Source of the DNA: Carcharhinus amblyrhynchos
Lineage: Eukaryota
Assembly: GCA_965287045.1 (NCBI GenBank)
Contig: OZ336878.1
Coordinates: 100,254,001 to 100,318,000 of the forward strand
Length of the DNA stretch: 64,000 nucleotides
Reading direction: 5' to 3'
The translations under genes and the position numbers were made by a program. The notes below the pieces were generated by a model. That model was not told the origin of the DNA, did no database searches, and was given only the letters and a program-made list of their open reading frames with translations. Shown here piece after piece: positions 10,011 through 21,483 of this stretch (positions within the stretch are counted from its first letter, which is position 1; each line of letters begins with the position of its first letter).

Positions 10011-10427
10011 GCGAGGATAATTAGGGATGGACAACATATGCTTGGTTTAGCAAATGATGCCTGAATCCCAGGAATATATTTTTAAATTAGTTTGACTGCT
10101 TTATACGGGCCACAGAACTGAGCTCAAAACATTTCCTGCTGTATAGAGTCATATTAACACATAACTCCCTATCTGAAAGATTTGAGTCTCGGCTTGCTTG
10201 TCTGACCATGATCGTTTTGGAAGCTTTATGGCATTGCTGAGGGCAATGCAGGCAATTGTGAGCCGTTCCTTCAATCTAGATTAAAATTCTACAATGCAAC
10301 ATTTGTCTCTCGGTTCGAAACTCCTTGAATACTTTCAGGACAGCTCTCGCCCGATGTGCATTGACGAGCAAAAACGGACATAACCCATCAGGTGCCGGTG
10401 CACCCAAGTGGCAAACAAATTAGTTCA

Positions 10428-10695
10428 TTGTGGCACAGTCTCTAACACTGCTGCCTCACAGCGCCAGGTACCCAGGTTCAACTGCAGCCTTGGGTGACTG
10501 TGTGGAGTTTGCAAATTCTCCCTGACTGCCTGGGTTCCCTCCGGTTGCTCCTGTTTCCTCCCGCATTCCAAAAGTGCGCAGGTTATGCAGATTAGCTTTG
10601 GGAAATGCAGGGGGTGAAGCAGATAGATGGAGGGGGTTGTGTGGGATGAAGATTCAATGGGCCAAATAGCCTCGCTCTGCATTGTGGGGATTCTC
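10428..10695 (+). mobile_element. HE1-like SINE
   Basis: Head CACTGCTGCCTCACAGCGCCAGG, core and tail present. Confidence 0.85.
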
Positions 10696-11219
10696 TCGTC
10701 CGATGGTTTACATTATGGCCCTAGTTATTTTTTTTTGAGTGTATCAGTCCTGAGTATGTGGGTGGTATGCTGAGGACCCCAACTGCTTCATACCCAAACT
10801 AATAACTCCCTGAGAAATGTCAGATGTGATGTTGGAACATTGATCCGACTGGACCTCAATGGATAATACATATCGAGTGAAGAATTTAATCAACTAGTGC
10901 CAAAAATCTCAGTGCCATTTCCAACAATGCAACTTGCGTTGCTTTACCCTCTCAAATTTGATATAAGCTTTGCCCGTGCTATTTTCAAAGGCTGCAAATT
11001 AGCCGTGGTTTACACAAATTGCCTTTTTTTGCCATCACAAAGTCCCTCGATTCAGAAAACAAGACATAGATCGAGCTCTGCCGTTAATCTGCTTTGCCTG
11101 AGTAATATCCAGTTTACATCTTCCTAGCCCATCTGCTAATAGCCATCTTTCAAAAAAAAAGCAAAATACCTCTGCATCACTTTCCTCAAAATTAGGGAGG
11201 GTGTGCATCAATGTAGAGT

Positions 11220-11560
11220 GACATGGTGGCACAGTGGTTAGCACTGCTGCCTCACAGCTCGAGGGACCTGGGCTCGATTCCCGGCTTGGGTCACTGTCTG
11301 TGTGGCATTTGCACATTCTCTCTATCTCTGTGTGGGCTTCCTCTGTGAGCTCGAACTTCATCCCAGAGTCCAAAGATGTGCAGGTTATATGCATTGGCCA
11401 TTCTAAAGTGTTCCATCTTGTCCCAGGGTGCATAGGTTCGAGGGAATAATGGGATAAATTTGTGGGGTTGCAGGGATAGACTCGAGGGGGGATTGTTATC
11501 AGTACAGTCCTGTTGGGCCGAATGGCCTCCTTCTGCACTGTAGGGATTCTATGATTCCAT
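11220..11560 (+). mobile_element. HE1-like SINE
   Basis: Complete head, core and tail ending GGGATTCTATGATT. Confidence 0.88.
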
Positions 11561-11789
11561 GTTACAGTTCCCCACACATTCTCGAGTTAAAATCAGGACT
11601 CTCTCCCCATCAAAATTTTGATGAGAGTCAAAATCAGCCTCTTGTTTTGTCTCCAGCAGCCGAAGTGAGTGATCGCTTACTGCTTTACTCAAATTGCTGA
11701 ATTCTGAACATGTTGAGAATTACCAAAGTTTTTTCCCATTTGTGTTCAACCAACTCTCTCATATGGTTGCAGTGGGCTCCAAAGTGGGC

Positions 11790-12600
11790 ATGGGTGCGAC
11801 TGTGAGGGGCATTGTCAATACTGAGGAAGACTGCAACATCTCAGAGGAAGGCATTCATTTAACGTATGGAGTGGGAAACTTTTGGAAGTAGAAGTGTGGT
11901 GGAAGTTTTGGAACCACGAGCTCTCGGAGCGCTGTTCCTTCATCGCTCACCTAATGAAGAAGCAGCACTCGAAAGCTGTTGACTCCCAATAAACTGTTGA
12001 ATTTTGACCTGGTGTTGTGAGAATTCTCAGCGACCACCCCAGTCCAACACCGGTATCTTCACATCGTAGAATATTTGGACAGGAAGAATAGGGAGCTCAC
12101 TTATTACTTGTAAGTTTCTGCAGCTTCAAGACGCAAATGAATCTCGGAGAACAAATACATCAATCAGTAAAATTTGAAGCTTTGTTAAGCAAGGCCATAA
12201 AACAAGAAAAACGCAAGTGTGGAGATTTGTTTGCCAGTGAGAGAACCGAATAGTCGGGAAGTTGCGCTCAGCCATATCAGAAGTTTCATAGACCACGCTA
12301 AAAGTGTGAAGGAAGAAATCTCACAACAACAAGTTAAAGTCCATCAGTTTTATTTGGAATCCCGAACTTTTGGAGCACTGCTCCTGTATGGAGGAGTGGT
12401 GTTTTGACAGTCTGCCCATCCCAATCCAATTCCGGCATCTCCACATAAAGTGTTAAGAGTAGCGAATACAAAGTGGCAGACTGCTGCAAGAAACCCTTGC
12501 TGTCGGGGTATAAAGAGGATGCTGAGGCCATAGAGAGGATGCAGGGAAGGTTTCCAGAGATTATCGCTGAAATTTGTGTGTGGATTTCAGGAAAATGTTT
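11790..12600 (+). mobile_element. CR1 RT fragments interrupted by two Penelope-like terminal-repeat insertions (11908-12065, 12312-12446)
   Basis: CR1-like GAGGAAGACTGC and GAGAGGATGCAGGGAAGGTTT. PLE ends AATAAAC..TTGGA..TTAACCTGGTGTTGTGAG and CCGGCATCTCCACAT. Confidence 0.6.
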
Positions 12601-13946
12601 GACAAGTTGGGTCTCTGTTCTCTTGATAACATGCTGAATGATAAACTGACTGTGGGATTTAAAACAGCGATTCTGCTTCCTATCCCCGAATGTTTCATTT
12701 CTCACCATATTTTGTCAACAACATTTCATCAGAAATCACCCCTGTGGTGGTGAGATGTTAAGGATAGAGCCAGAGCATCCCCTATCGGGACAGCAGGCTA
12801 ACAGAGGCCACGGTCACTCTTCAGCAACAATTGGTTTGATTCGCAACTCAAGGAGATAAACATGAATTAATAAAATTAATCATAAATTCTGAAATGGCGG
12901 GACATGTCCATTCTGTTTCGGTGCTGGGGCCCTGGAGGAGGGATTGGAACTGGTGCAGAGTTGAATAGACTCATCACCGAACATGGGCAGTTGCTCAGCT
13001 AAACAGAACTGACTCCCTGCTTGGTTTCCCATGGTATCTGGCATTGTTAACTGTTCTTTGTCTCATGGCTCCATCCCTCACTTATTGGATATTGGCCTAA
13101 CCACTCCCCCATCTTAAAAACTGATCCCCTAAATCCACCACTTTTGCATATCTTCGTTCCGTCTCCCTCTCTTTTATCCACGAATTACATAAGTGCATTG
13201 CAAGCAACAGGTTCATCCCATTGACCCTGCAAATCCATCTGCTTGAAATTTAAGCAGAGGCCAAAAACAGCACGTCAGTCGAGATATTCCCAGGCCACTT
13301 TTCCTCTGACATCATCAAGCCCGCGATGGTATTGAATGGACACAGTTGTGTTACTGACCACGCCAATGGAGGCCCACACAAACGGGTATTGCAGACTGGC
13401 CCCCGGCAATTTGGACCTGGTGTGTTGGCCTCACCAGTGGGTCCGGAGGCAGTTGAGGCCCCCTGGGAAGTCATGTTGGGGTTGGGGGGCGGGGGGGAAG
13501 TGGGGGGTGGGGGACAATGCTCCTTGGATAGTGTCAGCTGGGCACTCTGTGGATCATTCTGTGGATACCCGTGCAGCTGGGGTTGGTTATGCTTCAGTGA
13601 GTAGATCACAGCCTGGCTCCTCAAACACAGTCCATCTTCTGCAAGGCACAAGTTAGGGTTCTGATTTAACAATCTCCATTTGCTCGGATAAAAGTGATTC
13701 CACCAACACTCAAAAAGCACCACGCCCACACAGAATGTGACCCGTTCTACCACCATAAGAACTCAATCCCTCCTCACCAGTGCGCGGTTGCTATGATGCG
13801 CACATATACAAGATGCACTGGAACAACTTCGTCTCTCTTTCTGCAGCTCAGTCCAAATCTAAGAACTTTACCATCTGGAATGAGAAGGGCAGCAACTGTG
13901 TGGAAACAAATCACCTGCAATTATATCTCCAAACCACACACCGTAT

Positions 13947-14247
13947 GTCATAGAAACTCTACAGTACAGAAAGAGGCCATTCGGCCCATCACGTCAGCAC
14001 CAACCACAATCCCACCCACTAACCCCTCTAACCTAAGCATCTCAGAACACTAAGGGCAATTTTTAGCGCGGCCAGTCAACCTAAGCCACATATCTTTGGA
14101 CTGTGGGAGGAAATCGGACCACCTGGAGGAAACCCACACAGACACGAGGAGAATGTGCAAACTCCACACAGACAGTGACCCAAGCCAGGAATTGAACCCA
14201 GGTCCCTGGAGCTCTGAAGCAGCAGTGCTAACGACTGTGCTGCCGTG
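13947..14247 (-). mobile_element. HE1-like SINE inserted in a LINE relic
   Basis: Reverse-complement head, core and tail; absent from the paralogous segment near 31600. Confidence 0.88.
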
Positions 14248-14639
14248 ACGCTCTTGGATTGGATATGGGAGCGATTTCACCGTCCCTATGGTTACTACAT
14301 TAGCATCCTGATACTCCCTGCCTAACAGCTAGCTGAATTGCAGTAGCGTTTAAAAATGGTTCAACACCACCTTTCCCTGAGCAACAAGAATCGGCTGTCA
14401 CAATGTGAGGTGAGTTGTGTTTGAGGTTCTGTATTAATCCGAGGGGCAGTATTGCTTGAAGTTGTTGAATCATTTTAAAAATACGTTGAATCAATTCCCC
14501 CTGGTGACTTATTTCACAATTTGCAACATATGAAGAGGGCAGGACATCCAAGGCCACATTGCTGTCACCCAGAGAGGACTACTGAGCTTCAGAAGTAATT
14601 TCCTGGCTGAACAGTAGAATTAAGTGAGCTGAAGTGAAG

Positions 14640-14970
14640 GAGCAGCAGGATGTCACAGTGGTTAGCACTGCTGCCTCACAGCGCCAGGGAGTCGGGATTG
14701 ATTCCTGGCTTGGTCACTGTGTGCACGGAGTCTGCATGTCCCTCCGACCCCCACAGCTGCCCCCATATCTGTGTGTGTTTTTGCCGGGTGCTCTGTTTCC
14801 TCGCACAGTTTCAAATGCTTGGTCGTTAGGTTCCGTTGGGAATGCAAAATTCTCCCTCAGTGTATCCCAGTGGGCAACTGTGTGTGGTGACCAGGCGATT
14901 TTCACAGTAACTTCATTGCAGTGTTATTGTAAGCCTGCTTGTGACACTAATAAAAATAAAACTTTAAATA
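14640..14970 (+). mobile_element. HE1-headed SINE with an alternative tail (also 48157-48440)
   Basis: Tail TTTCACAGTAACTTCATTG...CTTGTGAC..TAATAAA shared by both copies. Confidence 0.75.
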
Positions 14971-15289
14971 AAGTTCACAAAGACACAGGTTGAGACAAGA
15001 GGAGGAGAAATGAATGAGTAAAGATAAGGAGATTAACGTTCCATTTTCAGAATTGTTTTCTGACTAAATGGTTGAGAAAGAACAAGAGCTGAAGGATGAA
15101 GTGGATATCTTTAGTTCAGGAAGGGTGGCAGAATGACACCAGAAAAATGAAGAGATGAAACGGTTGCAAGAGGAATCACACACAGAAGATTAATCTGATG
15201 GTTTGCTAGTGCTATTTTATTAAAACTAATGTCCTAGTGATGAAGTCGAGACATTTACATGTTCAGGCAGATGAAAATGGGTAGACATT

Positions 15290-16020
15290 CATCAAGTTAC
15301 ATGACTGGCGGTTTAAACAAAGGAGGTGTTTGCAGGTCGTGCATGAGGTTCCAGTAGGAGGTCATTTAGCAGTTAAAGTTACTCAGGGAAGTTATGGAAT
15401 GCTTGGAAGTCAAGGAGTTTAAACCAACTCTGAGCAGCCAAAAGCACAGGGAGTATTGGAATGGGATCATCAAACTTCAAAGACAATGTTGAGATACTTT
15501 AGTCAGGATTACACCATCGATGGAAAAGGAAATACGGAGATTACTGGGTGGGAATGGCTTTTACCGTAAATTCGTGTTAATCTTAGCCCTGTTTTGGTTC
15601 CATTGACAGACCTGCTGGAAAATCACAGAAAATGTCAGAGCACAGCTGTGTGTCAGCAGACATCTGACAGTCTGAAAGATGTGTTAACCACTGCACCCGT
15701 ATTGTCGACACCGAGTTAGACAAAAACATTCCATGTGGCCATTGATGCAAGCGATTTGGGTGTTGCTGCGGTTTAAAAGAAGATGAAAGAACAGAAATAT
15801 ATTTTGAGTATTTTCTCAGAAAGCTCAATATACATCATTGAGAAAGATGCATTGAGGGCAACTTCCCCTCCCACCAACCACGGGAATCGTAGCGGGTGGG
15901 TGGTGCGGGGATGGGGAGTGGGAGGTACATCGAGAGGCCTGGCTTTGGGATTGGCCAGTCTGTTCTAAACTGGGTAATATGGTTTCAGTTAAAACTGTTC
16001 AGTTGAGAGTTAATGTTCAA
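15290..16020 (+). mobile_element. Internally deleted Ty3/Gypsy pol relic, order IN-RT-RNaseH (RNase H part duplicated at 21750-22145)
   Basis: HEVPVGGHL (IN zinc finger), EWDHQTSKTMLR (IN core), GFYRKFV and PLTDLL (RT thumb), LTTAPVL and VAIDASDLGVAAV (RNase H). Confidence 0.75.
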
Positions 16021-18583
16021 TAAAACAATTAAAGTGTTGCAACTGTTGTAAGTTTAAGTTTGGGAACTAAAATATTGATTTAATGGAAATTTGCTTAAGA
16101 AAATCTGAGGTGACTCCATCCTTGGCTTGTCTCATTAAACTAAATGTTGGGAAAGAGGTTAAATTAATGGTTGAATTACAACTGTATAAAATATATATAT
16201 ATTTTATTACAGCTAAGCAGACAAATTTAATAGCAATATGCTCAAACTCACTTATTTTCCAACATTAGGGGGCGAGCGAGGGGCAGAAAATCCCTCCCAT
16301 AAGCTCGGTATTGTCATTGCAACTTTTCAACATTTATGTTGCCAGCGATTGATCAGAACCGGCGACTCAAATGTTGAGAATATAGAATAATGACAAATTT
16401 TAACTGATGGTGTGTTCTGTCTAAACAGAGTTAATGCATTTTTGTTTAGTTAGGTTTCATTTGGATTTTCAGAGTTGGGTTTTGATTAGATTTAGTGACA
16501 GCCATGTAATTAATAAGAAGAGCTATGCTTGCAGGAAAGCCAGTGCTGTAAATTATTTTAACAAAAAGGGGATTTTAATCCTGATGCGCATAATTTTAAG
16601 TTGTACTGACTCTCAGATCCTCTCTCTTCCCTAACTTCAGAGCTATTTCTGTTGGCAAAATAGAGTCATGGTTACCACACCAGGCAGTTATAAATTTTGT
16701 GATTTCTTCTGATGTAGGGCAGAAGAAACTGTTTGTAAAACGCGCTTTCCGACAGACAGAGATTGCTGGGAGTTCACAAAACTTTTCCTTCTGTGGGCTG
16801 AGTTCTCCCAACAGCTAAATTGTGGAGGTCCTGATACACCTTTTCCCATTCAGAACATCCTTTATCAGAACTAACCTCCGCAGAAGTCATGCCAAATTAT
16901 ACTCATGAGTTCGCAATTTAGTAAACAGTTATGAAGTTCATGCCTCATCTCCTTCATTCATCCTTGAACATGTTTACTCGCATCTTTGCATTGTATTTTC
17001 CATTGTTATTAAGTTCTCTGCGAAACTTGTGTTTATAGTGTTGTTCGACAATCATCATGTCAAAAGCACTGGTTTCTTCGATACAGTTATCTCTACAACT
17101 TTGTAGTTTCCATATCGAAAATATTACAGACTGACAGTCAGTGGAACACACTTGGAACTATCAAATTGGCTTGATTTTCATATCATCACGATTTCCTGGC
17201 ATTAATTGATTTGCCTATTAGTTATCCTGCTGAATCACTCAATTCAAAAAATTACAATGAAACGTTCCTTCTTTGAAGTTCATGAGTCAATCAGTAAAGT
17301 TAATCTAAAGTGCACATGGAGAGATATTTTGGACATTAGTTGTTTATTAAAGAGGACACACAGAAATGCAATGTTCCATTCTGGAAACAACTATACTGTT
17401 GATCGAAAGAACATCACCTAGTTCCATACTTCACCATCTGGCTTCAAAATGAATTAAGGCTCCTTTTCCCCACAGCCACGACTACTAGTGGGGGGTGGGG
17501 GTGGGACGTTTTAATTCAAAATGATTCTGGTACGATTCAATTGATTGAAGTATTGAGGAGATTCCCTCTTTTGCTTTCTTTACTCATGAGTTGAATAATT
17601 GATGTAAACGGACATTTAATTAAACTCTTGAACTGCTCCCTGAACTTGGATTGAGTCACCCCATAGATAAGTGTGTTTGTGCAGCAGTTTAATTCCACCA
17701 GCATAGATCCGACTTCCTTACAAATATATGAAGAATCATTAAAATCATCTGGATTAATACCTCTAATTGTATAATACAAGAAGTTTAATACATATAAAAG
17801 CCACAGAAGTATAAAGCTGCCAGATATGGCGAAAAGTAAAATCATAGACTTCCTTCTGCTCTCCATCTCTGGGTCACTGTGATTCTTCCCCTTATTCTGA
17901 CTCTTCAGTCCTTTACGGACTCGACTGCTCACTAAAATGTACCTCACTGTCATAGCATTGAACAACAGAATTAAAATATATGGGAGAAATGGGGTTGAAA
18001 TCGTATCAAACCAGTCAAATGCCACCCAAGCAGGATCAGTATAATAGCTTGGATTACTATCACAGAACCAAGGAACATCGTCAATTATCACACCAGGTTG
18101 AAATGTAAAGTAAAAGGGAAGGCATTTTAAACAGTTCAGGATGCAGGTTATTGTTAGAACCACGGTTGCATTTTTCTCAGTGCAATATTTTATTTTCAGT
18201 TTCTGACAACAAATGGCTATAAAGCGATCAAAGGAGAACATGACAGTAAACCAGGTCGAGCAGTTTGCAGCTGCAAAAAGTAGGACAACAATAACACTAC
18301 ACACAGGGGTGATGTCCAGAAAAGATCCTGGGAAATAACAAGAACTGATCCGATACAGTACCACCTGAATGAAATTGAATATTAGATCCGACAATGCCAC
18401 GGCAACCAATTAACGGGTGGTGCAGGTGGAGAGGCCACACATTCTCCGGGACAGGGCCACGGTTGTCAGTAAATTGACTGCAGGCGAGATAAAGAGAAAA
18501 AGATTAGATACATTCAACTAAACTTCATTGTGCCTGAATTCGTTCAGTGAGTGCATGATTTCACAACTCAGAAATCGATTATT

Positions 18584-18645
18584 TGTGTGTGTGTGTGTGA
18601 GTGTGTGTGTTTGTGTGTGCATCTGTGTGTGTGGATGTGTGTTTA
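18584..18645. repeat. (GT)n microsatellite in the B1 intron (also 25324-25372 in B2)
   Basis: Interrupted TG run. Confidence 0.9.
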
Positions 18646-19869
18646 CGTGGTGCTCCGGGGGTAATGTTTAAGAAATTTCAATCCCATCTTCAATCTGCCG
18701 ATTGCCAGATGGAATGAGATTGCGTTGGAGAGAAGGGACAAACAGCTACTCCCTCTAGAAGAGCTGGAATTTTCATTATTTAATGATAATCGAAATCTCT
18801 GATTTAATGAGGTTCACATTTGTTTCTCTGGCCAGATGCATTTTGCCCTGTTGGATTCCACATTGATAATCCCAGCCTGAGCAATCCCTGGACACTTGGA
18901 TTTGGACTCCATCAACTCTGGGGTGACATGCTGTTCAGATACTTTAGGATTGCCCCCTCCCAACCATCCACCCGCCCACCTCCCCAGCCTCCATTGCAAT
19001 TGGGCACTTCATCTGATCCTCACTGTGAATGGATGTCTTCATGCCCTGGGGAATTATTGGATCATGCAAGGTCTGAAAATTTCAATATTAAATGCTGATA
19101 GGAGCCCCATGACTGAACCACCTCTGGGGTTGGAATGGATTTGGAGTGCCACTGTGAGGTCTAATAGTTTTTTGACCCACTATTCGGGCAGGGTGAAAGG
19201 TTGGTCGCAATCCTTGAATCTGGAAAGTAAACTAATGTGGTCAGAGAAGACGGGCGAGGAAAAATGAAATTCATGAGCTTCTCTAATTCCACAGTAAACA
19301 TTCGTGTTTACACTAAAAATTGCAGGAAAATCATAATAATAATTAAATATTAATGAGGGAGGACATATTTGATAAAGTGACAAGGATAAGGTAAAACCGC
19401 AGTCAGAGGCACAAATATCTGTTCATAATCATCATCAGAATAGGGAATAGCGACAGTTCTGTCCTGCTCTGACCCTCTCAGTAAACAGTTACCGTGCGTT
19501 TCTGTTGATGTCGATGACAACACAACAGAGCAATACCAATATATAGAGTCATCCGGCAGTACAGAACTAAAGTGTTATTGAAAAAGGTGAGGTGAGGAAG
19601 CTTCTTGTCTTACAGACATCAGGGCATGGTCCTGATGTGGATATTGATGCAAAGTGTCTGAGGAGTGCAAAACACTCCACTTGTCTCTTTCTTCAGCAAT
19701 GCCAATATATTCTATTTATCAAGTACCCGGAACGATCACCCAATGGCAAAGATTTCCTCTGTTACCATTGATTACATTTGTACAATCACAGGGACGGCTC
19801 GATGGTTTCGAGAGATCATTCACCTGAAACAGCAGGTCCAAGGGAGAAACCACTTGGTTCCACTCAGAT

Positions 19870-20215
19870 AGGTAACACACTCAGCACAATTCCATACTGA
19901 CAAATACTCCCAGTAACACACAGACACTCAGATCAGGAGTTCCTCTCCAGTTAGTGACCCAAACTGTTCAGTTCTCTAGTTACACATTTCCCTGTAATAC
20001 ATTGTCACCAGGGTTAGTATTCCATTCCAGTTGAGACCCACAATCTGAAGCAGATACTCCCAGTAACACATGGCTGAGATCAGGTGTTACACGCTAGTTT
20101 GTGACCCATATGGAGTAAAATTATGCAGTGACAGATACGACCAGTACTACATAATCACTGGGATCATATGTTCCACTCAAGTTGGTGACCCATCCAATAC
20201 ATGCAATTCTTCAGT
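19870..20215. repeat. Degenerate ~70-80 bp tandem repeat in the B introns (also 26590-26900)
   Basis: Recurring ACARATACTCCCAGTAACACA...GATCAGG...GTGACCCA units, 4-5 copies. Confidence 0.6.
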
Positions 20216-20678
20216 GAAAGAGACACCAAAAGTACAGGAATGTTTTAGGTCAAGTGGTCCATTCTGTTTCAGATCCTCGGTACAATATTACAGTGACAGT
20301 TATTCCCAGCGTTTGTTTCATTTTGCTCGTTCACGGTGTTAAAATCTATCGTGTTCTACACAGTGTTCCACTATGAGCAATTACTCTTTGTCTTCCTTTC
20401 AGTTGAGGTAAAATAATAAAACCAGAGTGGTAATTCGGGAGATTTGACTTAAAGTATCATCGATTTCGTGCCTGTAAATTGGTGGCCACCAAATCTGCTT
20501 AAAACCAGAGATGAGCTCATAGTGATAGATAAACACAACTTCAAAGATCATACTCGCTTACCAGGGACACCGATGACAGAAAGAATCATGTAGTATATTT
20601 TCCTGATCGTCTCAAATGTTTCCATACTTTACTGTGAAGTGATCTATCTTTTGAGTGATATGTGCTGGGAGCCTTTCA

Positions 20679-20784
20679 TTTATACCCCCGTGAATTCTCC
20701 ACAGGGAGAATAAGGTTACAACATTCTACAAAATTGTTTTCATTTGTTTTTAAGTAGCAGAAAAAAAACGATCTTGGACAGCTG
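20679..20784 (-). promoter_or_regulatory. Putative core promoter of gene B1
   Basis: On minus: CAGCTG (20779-20784), ATGTTGTAAC, TCCCTGTGGA (20698-20707), TATAAA (20679-20684). Confidence 0.6.
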
Positions 20785-21119
20785 GGCCATGCGTTCGTTA
20801 TGGCAAATGTATTTATTACTGAGATCTGCTTGGAAAATCCCAAAATCCAGATAATATTGATAACATTAACTTGCTAAAGGAAATGGGCACTGCAAGTTCG
20901 ATGCACATTGTACATGTTTTCAAACTCTATCATTCACGTATCTAGAATTCATATTGTTTCAGTGATTTCCTTTATTCTGGTGTGCTCATTCAGTCAAAAA
21001 CATTCCACAATTTTGAGTGTGAAATTGAGTCATTGGATTTCTGAATTTAACAAATACAGCACTCGAAGACAGGACTTAAATCGAAGGCAGCAACTCCAGC
21101 CAATATTGTTTCAAATTAA

Positions 21120-21483
21120 CTGAGCAGCTCAAACTGAGAAAGCAATTCAAAGAATACAACTCCACGAATTTACATGGTCTATCAAATCAGGATAATCTTT
21201 CAATTAATGCAGTCTCTCAAACTGGGACATATACTCAACTTGATATAGTCCATCAAACCAGCACAGATCCTCAATCTGATACAGTCCCTCAAACTAATTA
21301 AGATCCGCAAAAAAAACCCTCAAACAACTACAGTCCCTCAAATACGGCAGTCCTTAAAACTAATAAAGGGCATCAAACGAATAAAGACCCTCAAACCAAA
21401 ATAGTCCCTCTAACTAGTATAGTTGCACAAAGTAATAAGACGCTCAAACAAATACAGATCCTCAAAGGAATACAACCGCAAAT
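21120..21483 (-). repeat. Same 18-bp array upstream of B1
   Basis: CTGATACAGTCCCTCAAA near 21276 is the exact reverse complement of the unit; many diverged flanking copies. Confidence 0.8.

Larger units (their letters stand above)
17537..20625 (-). pseudogene. Gene B1: GPR139-like GPCR with one nonsense mutation (Y44*); complement(join(17537..18477,20562..20625))
   Basis: Exon 1 METFETIRKIYYMILSVIGVP|GTAAGC; acceptor CGCCTGCAG at 18478. Same exon lengths as B2, but TAC>TAA at 18410-18412. The remaining 290 codons are open (ORF 17537..18409). Confidence 0.88.

Noticed and set aside
13250-13756. 168-aa proline-rich ORF and G-quadruplex-like tract at 13478-13515
   Set aside because: Low-complexity G-run within TE-derived DNA; no domain or splice support.
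18896-19267. 123/143-aa antisense ORFs in the B introns
   Set aside because: No recognisable domain, not preserved in the third homologue at 44300-44620, and shared only through recent duplication.
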